Origin: a virus
Length of the DNA stretch: 64,000 bases
IMG/VR virus record: IMGVR_UViG_3300028008_000009
Location: 1-64,000 of that record
Reading direction: 5' to 3' (one strand)
Shown here: positions 40,901 to 48,646 of the stretch, piece after piece
Numbering within the stretch: the first letter of the stretch is position 1
Layout: each line of letters opens with the position of its first letter
Position numbers and translations under genes: made by a program
The notes under the pieces: generated by a model
The model's database searches: none
Seen by the model: only the letters and a program-made list of their open reading frames with translations
What the model was told of the DNA's origin: nothing

Positions 40901-41097
40901 TTGCCACCGTCTACTGAAGCTAATCTGGTTTCAAGGAATATTTTTGTGACAGCATCTTGATCGTCAACAGGATCCACAACGTTAACGATTCTGTTTGTTT
41001 GGGCACTGATATTGTTATCTAGGCCCTCTGCATCAAGTTTTAAGTCTTTATCACTTGTTGATATCTTTCCACTGTTGTGGTTAATATTAATCGACAT
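37936..41097 (-). CDS. PKD-repeat virion structural protein
   Basis: Four W.W/MGDG-type motifs (HWGD, WDWGDG, WTMGDG, YDWGYG), each followed by HT/HD; 1053 aa. Confidence 0.7.
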   Translation of the reverse strand: MSININHNSGKISTSDKDLKLDAEGLDNNISAQTNRIVNVVDPVDDQDAVTKIFLETRLASVDGGNDADSAELLEIIKNVGKNTYVESVDFVADKTAGGAGLTVTLTITGVGNPDVYAVHWGDSTSNLNIVPNSNYINTVSHTYTSNTGSPYTVRVNAANNGGTGAGHSVFKIREDYITITTVDPTVSFEAYASPTGGSPITYWDDGATVYFENTATNTSNATVQYTWDWGDGLSDDVVSADNVAGGVGGGRIAHTFAPSTETEVLRTVTLSLDSHSTAHQNLFPMTDNATYKIYDTHTPTYTIDVTTGINEKDSGVNVEFLNTTETTIGTFNPVFGTTYQWTMGDGTITTIPVGEEDDGDTNHPFHHTYTLSNSDQENGIAKDFVGNLSVISNHTNSPFASANFTVHVEPDVRAYIDGRAEFVSDRNGDNNLDLYDGVDYNGNNRALARVDNSSHNGDSYFYDWGYGSTDTTTTDGIITHDFTGATPGSYELDFTASGTPDITAQTDNAGIFFQVNAVPSAPSGLSSKTISLTDPAQGHDPRLAHGFTENSASAPLVAGASLETTTARRYTSGNLDTSVAQNSYNGLSGTVKSVVNGVDDGSQNFTTSLNENGTFGSLVVSDQRDANDSISSSTYPTGFYQTFDAKITKPFSEYTTGVNDQRIEHSETGNTNYVTVVCDDLTSSPTIDVASATLTESVSGSYRYISGIPYYNTGSPKLTMAGVTVNNWIGQAYRDTNNVFEISNGANLESTSGATISTQYKSYSDLENTPYLNAGIPTANTLTYQYADQTIDITNSSIAAVETLRVRAYNVNGTGNFVSLPEKVQVHTATPFGIIESSIPVESSLGNGVVTDNAIRIADFVADSTDTPTIVGSTDYTATPFTGAVSVSGTQEATVRWGVLKHDTTDYSTGYLPVGPDRSSDTGTQYFTFAFRRQVVANFDISINSTGIAGMWIAAPGTGIDTASGSNGWLECTSQYAGAGVPGTDTANGGNGADGCALTGADVVPTGSSINSSYTMTLGAENMSNATNNVVLVRIAIASGKQINSLSIGEAN

Positions 41098-41153
41098 ACT
41101 CTTCCCTTTTTTAACTTTACCACAATGGTTATGTTATTGCAATCAAGTATAAA

Positions 41154-41741
41154 TTATACTGTCACGCTAGAACGGAAGACCGAAACAATGTTCCAACTGC
41201 CATTTACAAATACCAACGATGCACTGTCGCCTTTTGCTGTGAAAGTAACTGACGTAAAACCTGCTCCATTTGTTGGAGTTACTGTAACAGGCCCCGTAGG
41301 TGTAGCTGATACAGTAATAATTTTATGTTGCCCTTCTGTGCCGTCTGATAAAACAAGAGCAACCGCAGTAGAACCATCAATTGCTGATAATGACGTGTCT
41401 GCTGTAATTTCTGTTGTTTCTGTTGTAGTAGATACTACAACTGTTTGTATGTTAAGTTGATCCCACATATTAGTACTACTACCAATATTGTGTGTTTTTG
41501 TAACGCTTGGCAATAAATCAGTTGATATGTTGCTATTAAATGCTACAGATCCACTTGCGTTTCCTAGTGTTATAACATCACCAGATGAAACTATTGAACC
41601 TTCTATGTATAAATGTCCACCAACCCATGCACCGCCTTCGACAAGCAGAGCAGAATCTGTACTATTTAAAGCATTTAAATCAATATCTTTAATACTTTTA
41701 ATTATTAACTGATCACCATCTGGTTTTATATATGATGCCAT
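41154..41741 (-). CDS. Virion structural protein
   Basis: AL.V.GG..VGG.LY motif, beta-rich; late box at 41776-41782. Confidence 0.65.
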   Translation of the reverse strand: MASYIKPDGDQLIIKSIKDIDLNALNSTDSALLVEGGAWVGGHLYIEGSIVSSGDVITLGNASGSVAFNSNISTDLLPSVTKTHNIGSSTNMWDQLNIQTVVVSTTTETTEITADTSLSAIDGSTAVALVLSDGTEGQHKIITVSATPTGPVTVTPTNGAGFTSVTFTAKGDSASLVFVNGSWNIVSVFRSSVTV

Positions 41742-41810
41742 ACGTTATTCTTCCTTATGTTCTCTTTACAATATGTATTTATGCCGATTTAGAAATTGCT
41801 TATAGCCATT

Positions 41811-41835
41811 AAAAAGGGCTCACAATGGAGCCCTT
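41811..41835 (-). terminator. Terminator after porin gene
   Basis: AAGGGCTC-loop-GAGCCCTT followed by TTT. Confidence 0.75.
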
Positions 41836-41859
41836 AATAAATTCGTAATCTATAATAGC

Positions 41860-42663
41860 TTAGAAGCTAAAAGATACACCAACCGCTGGTGAGGTTGTTT
41901 TAGCATCTACATCATATGATGCTTCTGCATAAAGATCAAGGCCGTTTAATGAACCTTTTACGCCTGCACCAATGTGTTGTACTGTATTATTTTCGTCGCC
42001 GTCCATGAATACTGTTAATCCACCTGTTGTTGCATTTACTTCATATGCTAATGTATCTGCTGCATATGTACCTGTGCCACCAATTGACAATTCTGTTGTA
42101 AGATCCAACTCTGAGCTAAGTGCATATGCTTTAGCTTCTGTGTCAGTGTTATAATCTACTGCTACAGTTGAAGCAATTGCTCCAAGTTCAATGTCATATG
42201 CAAGCTGTACGTTGTCAAGATCAGTTACGTCAGTTTTTAAGCCGTCAAAACCAGCCATTGCTGATAAGTTGCCCATTGTAACCATTACTGATTCGTTAAC
42301 AGTTGGGTTAGCAAGAGTAGTTGAACCTACTGTTTCTAATCCTGCACTTGGAAACAAGTCGCCTTGCTTACCTAGTGATACTGTTGCACCTGCAACTGTT
42401 GTACCAATGTGCCATTCTTCAACACTTACTGATGTGTCTGGAGTCGCTGTAAACGAAATACCGCCAAATGCTGGTCCTGTTCCTGAAATCTCAAGATCAA
42501 GTGTTGTTTTACCAACATACTTGTCTGATGTGTTTTTTGTTACGTCGAACTCAACTGAAGCACTTACTGGTGATGTCGGTGCTGGGTGAGTATGTGCTGT
42601 TGTATCTGCTGATGCAACTGATGCCGCCATCAACATTGCTAAAACGCTTATTGTTGTTTTCAT
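41860..42663 (-). CDS. Outer-membrane porin-like beta-barrel protein
   Basis: Sec signal peptide MKTTISVLAMLMAASVASA, alternating beta strands, C-terminal VGVSFSF with terminal Phe (BAM signal). Confidence 0.75.
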   Translation of the reverse strand: MKTTISVLAMLMAASVASADTTAHTHPAPTSPVSASVEFDVTKNTSDKYVGKTTLDLEISGTGPAFGGISFTATPDTSVSVEEWHIGTTVAGATVSLGKQGDLFPSAGLETVGSTTLANPTVNESVMVTMGNLSAMAGFDGLKTDVTDLDNVQLAYDIELGAIASTVAVDYNTDTEAKAYALSSELDLTTELSIGGTGTYAADTLAYEVNATTGGLTVFMDGDENNTVQHIGAGVKGSLNGLDLYAEASYDVDAKTTSPAVGVSFSF

Positions 42664-42737
42664 AATTTATTCCCTTTAAATAATCTAACTTCGTAGTTAG
42701 AAACAAACTGACTCTCTAGAGTCAGAATTTAGTGTTA

Positions 42738-42766
42738 ATTATACTACTGTATGTGAAACTTGTCAA
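42738..42766 (-). promoter_or_regulatory. sigma70-type promoter for porin gene
   Basis: Perfect TTGACA-17-TATAAT with A-rich UP element upstream. Confidence 0.85.
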
Positions 42767-42794
42767 CCTTTTTGTTAACTTTTTTTATTCATCA

Positions 42795-42821
42795 AAAGAA
42801 CAGGCCCCTTAAAGGGACCTG
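42795..42821 (-). terminator. Terminator after major capsid gene
   Basis: CAGGTCCCT-TTA-AGGGGCCTG followed by TTCTTTT. Confidence 0.7.
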
Positions 42822-42848
42822 CTCCATAATATCTTCTTTAAGTAAAAA

Positions 42849-44009
42849 TTACTTAAATGATAGGTTACCTGCATTAACGTCAATTTTCGCTAAGTAGTCA
42901 GCTGCGTTACCAAGTGATGAAGCTTGGTTGTTAAGCTCTACATAACCATAACGTGTCATGAATGACACAGTTGGCTCGAAAGTTGCCGGATCAAGTACAG
43001 TACCAGATGACATCAACGGGATGTATGGGCAATAGAAAGCTGCAGCGTCAATTTCGCCTTCGCCTTTATAACCAACTAATACTGGTGTTGAATCTGATGC
43101 ATACTGGTCAACAAATACACGTACTGTATTGTTCAAAGTACCAACGAATTTAGTGTTAGTTGGAGCTTCGAATGGACCTTCAGTTGTTCTTGCGAACGCT
43201 GAAGTTGTCGCTGATTGTAGTACAGTTAACATAGTTGGTGAAACAACTACGTAGTTACCTGCGCCTCTACGTGTACGTGCTGCAATTAAGTTTGCAGAAC
43301 GGTTGATCAAGATCGCTAGTGCGGCATGCTGGTCACCAACGAAAGTTGCTTGACCTGTTACTGCATTTTGATCGTATGTATCAGTAGCAGTACCTGCCAA
43401 TGAACGTAATGAAGTTAATACTTCTTGATCGATTTCAGCAGTAATCTCTTGTGCAAGTGCTTGCATGATTTCTGCTTCAACATCTAGACCGTGCATTGAA
43501 TTAGCGTCTTGCGCCGCTTCAAAAGTCCAACGTGCTGATAATTTGCGTGTTTTCGCTTCAACAGTTTGCTTTAGAACTTGGATAGACATCTTACGTCCAG
43601 CCGCTGCTTCTAAAGTGCTTGTTGCTTCTGGTCCACCAGTTGCCGCATCGCCTGAGTAACCTTTTGCAATTGCAAATGGGCTCAATGCTTCGTCACCAGC
43701 TGCAACGCCTGCCGCTGCTTCTGAATAACGAATACGTAATGTGTGGATCTGGCCTACTGGACCAGTCATTGGTTGAACACCAACTAATTCGTTCGCAATA
43801 ACCGTCGGCATTACACGTCTGATTACTGGTAGAATTACTTTGTTTAGTGTTGCGATGTTTCCTGACATAGTTGTGCCGGCAGCTGCTGATTCTGAAAGAT
43901 AGCTCTTAGTATTCTCAAGAACTGATTCCATTACCACTTTTTTATTGCCGTCTAAACCGTCAGTTAGGGCGCCTTTAGTTACGTCCCAATTTTCAAATAA
44001 GTTTGACAT
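42849..44009 (-). CDS. Major capsid protein (gp23-like)
   Basis: IRRVMP..IANELVGVQPMTGP, VEAKTRKL.A.WT.E.AQD, EI..EID, FYCPYIPL, F.TRYG. Confidence 0.97.
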   Translation of the reverse strand: MSNLFENWDVTKGALTDGLDGNKKVVMESVLENTKSYLSESAAAGTTMSGNIATLNKVILPVIRRVMPTVIANELVGVQPMTGPVGQIHTLRIRYSEAAAGVAAGDEALSPFAIAKGYSGDAATGGPEATSTLEAAAGRKMSIQVLKQTVEAKTRKLSARWTFEAAQDANSMHGLDVEAEIMQALAQEITAEIDQEVLTSLRSLAGTATDTYDQNAVTGQATFVGDQHAALAILINRSANLIAARTRRGAGNYVVVSPTMLTVLQSATTSAFARTTEGPFEAPTNTKFVGTLNNTVRVFVDQYASDSTPVLVGYKGEGEIDAAAFYCPYIPLMSSGTVLDPATFEPTVSFMTRYGYVELNNQASSLGNAADYLAKIDVNAGNLSFK

Positions 44010-44019
44010 GGTATACTCC

Positions 44020-45129
44020 TTAATTTGTAATGATACCTGCTAATTTTTTAAGGTTTATAATTTCAGCTTCGCTGCTAGTTTCCTGCGTAGTTGCATCTTT
44101 ATTACCTGTGACCTCAGTCGTCTGAGTCTCATTTAGCTTAGTTTTGTTAGTTGCTGCTGTAGTTACTGATTCATTTAACACTGTTGGCAAGTACTTATTA
44201 AATGCTGCCTTCAATTTTGGTGTGTTAACTGATTCAAGTAAGTTAGACATCAATTTACGTTTGTCTTTTGACAAAGGTGCAAGCAATTCAGACATAGCTG
44301 TTTCACGAGCGCGACTTTCATTAATCTTAGCAACTTCTTTAGTTGCTTCGACTACTTTAGCCTCTTTATCGTTGATCTCTTTTTGTGATTCCTCTAATTG
44401 AGTCTTCACGTCTAAAAGTTCTGTTGAAAGTTTAGAAATATGTGTGCCTTCTGCAAGGTGTGAACCCATGAATTCAGCTGCAAATGTTTCGAAAATTTTG
44501 CGACCGAACATGTTTTCTTTAGCGGATTTTATATCCTCTTTAAGCATACCTAGTTCTGTTTTAATTGTAGATTCTACAATTTCAGCTAGTTTGCTTGAAG
44601 ATTTGTCAATAAAGTCTGCTTTTGCTTTAGCAATCATATCTTTACCTTCTGCGACAAGTTTTACCTTTTGTTCAATAAGGTCTTTCTTGTCTTGGTGGAA
44701 TTCGTTAAGTTCCGAAGTAAGTTGTTCCATAACGAAATCTTCCAACTGCTCGAAGTTACCTTCTTGTAGTTTTCTGTCTTCGCGTAGTTCTGTAACCTCT
44801 TTTTTAAGAGTTTCCATTACAAAACCATCAAGTAGTTCTGCATGTTCTGAAACTTTACGTTTGTACTCTACTTGAGCCTCAACTGCTTTTTGTTTATCAG
44901 CTTTGAATTCTTCTAATTCGCCTTTGATAGTTTCTGATAACATGGCATCTAGTGCTTCCACCATTTGCTCTTTATCTGTTTCATAGCGATTAGCGAATTC
45001 TTCGCGTAATTCAGTTGTAATCTCTTCACGAGTTTCGTCTAGTTTCTCATTCCATGCTTCTGAAAGTGTTGAACGCACTTCCTCTGATAGGACTTCTGAA
45101 CTTAGGAGTTGTTCTATTGCATGAGCCAT
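44020..45129 (-). CDS. Prohead scaffold/core protein (gp22-like)
   Basis: Coiled-coil, E/K-rich, between protease and major capsid genes. Confidence 0.8.
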   Translation of the reverse strand: MAHAIEQLLSSEVLSEEVRSTLSEAWNEKLDETREEITTELREEFANRYETDKEQMVEALDAMLSETIKGELEEFKADKQKAVEAQVEYKRKVSEHAELLDGFVMETLKKEVTELREDRKLQEGNFEQLEDFVMEQLTSELNEFHQDKKDLIEQKVKLVAEGKDMIAKAKADFIDKSSSKLAEIVESTIKTELGMLKEDIKSAKENMFGRKIFETFAAEFMGSHLAEGTHISKLSTELLDVKTQLEESQKEINDKEAKVVEATKEVAKINESRARETAMSELLAPLSKDKRKLMSNLLESVNTPKLKAAFNKYLPTVLNESVTTAATNKTKLNETQTTEVTGNKDATTQETSSEAEIINLKKLAGIITN

Positions 45130-45767
45130 TACTTTCTCCTAATATCTAGTGATTCAATGAACTTCAATACCTCTTCCTGGAGATATTTTTGTGCTGTAGC
45201 ATCATTGTTGTTTGCGGCGGCAACGTCAAGTAAAATATTACCTCTTCTGCCATTCATAATTTGTTCATAAAGTGGATCTGGATACGCATCGGGTGCCGAT
45301 GGGTTTGCAACTATGTCAACCGTTTGGATTTCAAAGCCACTTACATTTCCACTGTTATCAACTTCACCACTGCCGCGTGATGATACACCAAGTTTAACGC
45401 CATTATCCAATAGAGTGATACAAATCTGCCCCATTGGAGTTGGCAACAATTTTAGTCTTCCATAACCATCACTACCTTGCATCCACATACGTTCAATCAT
45501 ATGTGAAACTCGGTCCAAATTAACTTGTAAGTCATCTGGGTGGTCAGCTTCGCCTAATACTGTAAAACCCTCGTCAATTTTACCTTGAACTGAATTAACA
45601 GCCTTAGTAATTTCACTGACGGGATAAACACGTTGGTTCTGATTTTGTTTTGCACCTTGTACAAAGATACCTTCCATGAACAGGCTTTTGCCACCTTTGC
45701 CGTTATCCACGGCTTCGGTGACCATTTTAGCTTGATCAAATGTAAGGTGTTCTTTAAGTGTAAACAT
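45129..45767 (-). CDS. Prohead protease (gp21-like)
   Basis: N.N.RVYP, LGEADHP, LGVSSRGSG, DIVANPSAPDAY. Confidence 0.93.
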   Translation of the reverse strand: MFTLKEHLTFDQAKMVTEAVDNGKGGKSLFMEGIFVQGAKQNQNQRVYPVSEITKAVNSVQGKIDEGFTVLGEADHPDDLQVNLDRVSHMIERMWMQGSDGYGRLKLLPTPMGQICITLLDNGVKLGVSSRGSGEVDNSGNVSGFEIQTVDIVANPSAPDAYPDPLYEQIMNGRRGNILLDVAAANNNDATAQKYLQEEVLKFIESLDIRRK

Positions 45768-46615
45768 TACTCAGATTTACCTTTTTTCTCAGCACCATGG
45801 CCACGTGACTCAGGTGATAGTTTTGCACCATCGCCTGGGTGTGTTACGCCCATGTCTTTTGCTGTTTTGTCTGATAGACCTTTGTCTGAACCTTTGCTGT
45901 CTTTTGTCATGTCAACTGCTTTACCGCCCATGTCATTTTTACCTGCAACTGGTGATGCTTTACCATCATCGCCTGCTGGCATGTCTACTGGGTGCATTGC
46001 GCCGTCTTTACCGACTTTTTGTAGATCAGCTGCTTCTTCAAGTTCTTCTGCATTATCGTCTGATTCTGCTTCTTCAGTAACTTCGTCCGCTTCTTCTTCC
46101 TTTGCTTCTACAAACGCTTCTTCCATTTCTGGTTCCATTTCTGGTTCCATTTCTGGTTCGTCGCCCATAATCTTGGCAAATTCTGCTTTAAGGTCGTCTA
46201 GTGCGTCTTCTACACTAACTAATTTGTCTTCGATGTCTCCATGTTCTTCTTCATGTGCGTCTGTTTCACCGTCCATGTCAAAATCCATTTCGCCTTCTTC
46301 TCCGCCTAACTCTTCAGCTGCTTCAAGGTCGTCCATTTCTGGTTCCTCGTCTTCGCCAAAAGCCTCTTCAGCTTCGATTTCTGCTTCATCTGTTTCGATG
46401 TCATCTAGGAAGTTATCAGCTTCTTCGCCGCGGATAGCTTCTTCAATTTCTTCTTCTGCTACGCCATCTTCAACGATTTCATCTGCTTCGACGATATCAT
46501 TCCAGATTTCACGTGCTTTTTCAACGAAAGCCTCATGTAATAGATCTGAAGCTGATGCTTCGTCTCCGTTCACTAAGCTCTCGATTATCTTCGTATAACG
46601 ATCTCGAGTACTCAT
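45767..46615 (-). CDS. Acidic prohead core protein (gp67/gp68-like position)
   Basis: Likely start ATG 46615 (MSTRDRY) after SD GGAG; extremely E/D-rich; between portal and protease. Confidence 0.65.
   Translation of the reverse strand: MSTRDRYTKIIESLVNGDEASASDLLHEAFVEKAREIWNDIVEADEIVEDGVAEEEIEEAIRGEEADNFLDDIETDEAEIEAEEAFGEDEEPEMDDLEAAEELGGEEGEMDFDMDGETDAHEEEHGDIEDKLVSVEDALDDLKAEFAKIMGDEPEMEPEMEPEMEEAFVEAKEEEADEVTEEAESDDNAEELEEAADLQKVGKDGAMHPVDMPAGDDGKASPVAGKNDMGGKAVDMTKDSKGSDKGLSDKTAKDMGVTHPGDGAKLSPESRGHGAEKKGKSE
46121..46156. repeat. 12-bp tandem repeat x3 (EPEM)
   Basis: TTCCATTTCTGG three times, in frame. Confidence 0.85.
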
Positions 46616-46767
46616 TTGTTGTTCTCCTTTATTCAACCGAATTAATATTATAGGTTATAACATATATATTTAAGAAGTCTTGGTGTATACCAATACATAA
46701 TACATAAAAAACCGCACTTTTGGCGCGGTCCGTAATATATTTACCTTTTTAGCGAAAATAATGCTAG

Positions 46768-46968
46768 TTATTCAACGCCGTCACCTGCAGACCCATAAAT
46801 GTTTTTAAAGTCTTTTACTCGTTCTGCATGTTCTGTTTTAGCAAGCTCTTTCATATTTCTTAGCTTGTGTAAATGTTTTAATGTAAGTTTAGGTCGACGT
46901 GTATCGTCTACATCCCACTTATTGTAGTTATCATCTTCTGGACTTTGTGCTACATCGTTAAATCTCAT
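46768..46968 (-). CDS. Small protein downstream of portal
   Basis: MRFNDVAQ...DTRRPKLTL..L.KLR; overlaps the portal stop. Confidence 0.7.
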   Translation of the reverse strand: MRFNDVAQSPEDDNYNKWDVDDTRRPKLTLKHLHKLRNMKELAKTEHAERVKDFKNIYGSAGDGVE

Positions 46969-48616
46969 CTGTATCTCCTTCTCCACCTAAATCATTAATT
47001 GGTGATGTATCATCACTCATATCTATATCATCGCCTACTTCATTTTCGGCATCCACATCTGTTGGTTCAAACGTGTCTAGGTCTGTGTTTCTAATACCCA
47101 TACCGCCTAAATCAGTTTGTGAATCGCTAGTAAATGATTCGTCGCTGTTTTCTTCTTTCCACATACGCTCGTTATTAATAAGCTCGTCTTCTGACAGCCC
47201 TAGGTACTTGCTCATAATAAATCTCTTAGACATATATGGTGTTGCTTCTATTTGTGAGAATAGACTTGCACGTGCTGTATCTAATTCTAATTCTCTGTAT
47301 TGACTAAAGCTCTGTGGTTCAATAAAGTTTAATTCAAATAAACTACTTGAAACTTCGATACCTCTGTTCTTTAAGAACATTTTAAACTCTTTATCAATTG
47401 GTGGAAGTATTATGTTTTGTAGTCTTTCACAGTATTTGCTGAACCTAAATTCTTGTATCATTGCTGTGCCAACTCGTCCGTCAGTGTATGATGCTGATCC
47501 GTCCTCAGCTCCTGTTGGTAAGTAACTACTTGGTATACGTAGTCCACGCATTAGTTTGTTATTGAAATATTTTAAGTCATCAATTTCGCCTAGGTTTTCA
47601 CCACCTGGTAAAACTTCAACTTTAGATCCACGTCCTTCTGCTGTTTGGGCAAAGAAGTAATCTTCCATGATTGACAGCGGGTTATACGCTGCATCCATAA
47701 CTTTTGTTCCACCACCACTCATATTTGGAATACGTGTTTGGTGAACTTCGTTCTTTGTTCGCTCAACAAAACTCATAGCTTTATGCGGTGGTAAGTTACC
47801 AACGTCTACATAAAATACTCTACGTTCTGGAGCTCTTTGAACACGATAGATAATAATACTATCTTCTAATAATTCTTTTTGTTTGTATACTTTAAATACA
47901 CTATCAAGGATACTGTTACCAAATGGCCATGCATTTGTTAATCCATCGCTTAATGCGATATGCAATACGTTTGTTGAATCAACAGCAAACTCTGACATTT
48001 GGGCGCCTGGTGCACCTGTTTGTATTATTCCTGCATTTGATCTATTGCTAGTTAACACAGTTGAACTTGCATTAACATCAGAAGTTTGTTTTGTGTCTAC
48101 TGCAACTAGATCTTGTAAATTTAAACTAATATTTTTAATCAAATATTGTTCTACTTCTTTACCTTTACTTTCGTTAACAATAACTTTAGAAACATCTTGC
48201 ACATTAACCCAAAATAATTTATATGTTTCTGGATCTCTAATAAAGAATTGATCGCCATACTTAATACAACTACGGAACAATCCATGTATTCTTCTATCAA
48301 AGTCGTTGATGTTGCACCATTGTTTAAGTGCAGTTTCTAATCCAACAACTTCTGATTCAGTTGCTTCTTCTTTGTAATTAATTTTAAATGGAAGCCTGGT
48401 GTCTATGTCTGATTGTGTACTAAATTCAGCAATTGTATCTAATGCTGAGTTAATCTCACTATCTTGGTCCATAATATCATATTGAGTATAACGTTCAACA
48501 CGATTTGGTTGTCCGCTGTATACTTCAGGAAGCCAACTGGCCCATCTGTTTGTTTTTTGTCCAAAAGATCCGGAATTACCAGGATCATATTTTGTAAAAT
48601 GTTTTTTCCAACTCAT
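46958..48616 (-). CDS. Portal protein (gp20-like)
   Basis: LLEDSIIIYRVQRAPERRVFYVDVGNLP, MEDYFF, GRGSKVEVLPGG.NLGEIDD..YF..KL.R.L.IP.S; late box at 48644-48650. Confidence 0.96.
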   Translation of the reverse strand: MSWKKHFTKYDPGNSGSFGQKTNRWASWLPEVYSGQPNRVERYTQYDIMDQDSEINSALDTIAEFSTQSDIDTRLPFKINYKEEATESEVVGLETALKQWCNINDFDRRIHGLFRSCIKYGDQFFIRDPETYKLFWVNVQDVSKVIVNESKGKEVEQYLIKNISLNLQDLVAVDTKQTSDVNASSTVLTSNRSNAGIIQTGAPGAQMSEFAVDSTNVLHIALSDGLTNAWPFGNSILDSVFKVYKQKELLEDSIIIYRVQRAPERRVFYVDVGNLPPHKAMSFVERTKNEVHQTRIPNMSGGGTKVMDAAYNPLSIMEDYFFAQTAEGRGSKVEVLPGGENLGEIDDLKYFNNKLMRGLRIPSSYLPTGAEDGSASYTDGRVGTAMIQEFRFSKYCERLQNIILPPIDKEFKMFLKNRGIEVSSSLFELNFIEPQSFSQYRELELDTARASLFSQIEATPYMSKRFIMSKYLGLSEDELINNERMWKEENSDESFTSDSQTDLGGMGIRNTDLDTFEPTDVDAENEVGDDIDMSDDTSPINDLGGEGDTDEI

Positions 48617-48646
48617 ATTATTTAGGTACCTTTGTTATAAGTGTAT

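Noticed and set aside
45633-46598. 321-aa plus-strand ORF
   Set aside because: Ser-rich mirror of the Glu-rich core protein gene.
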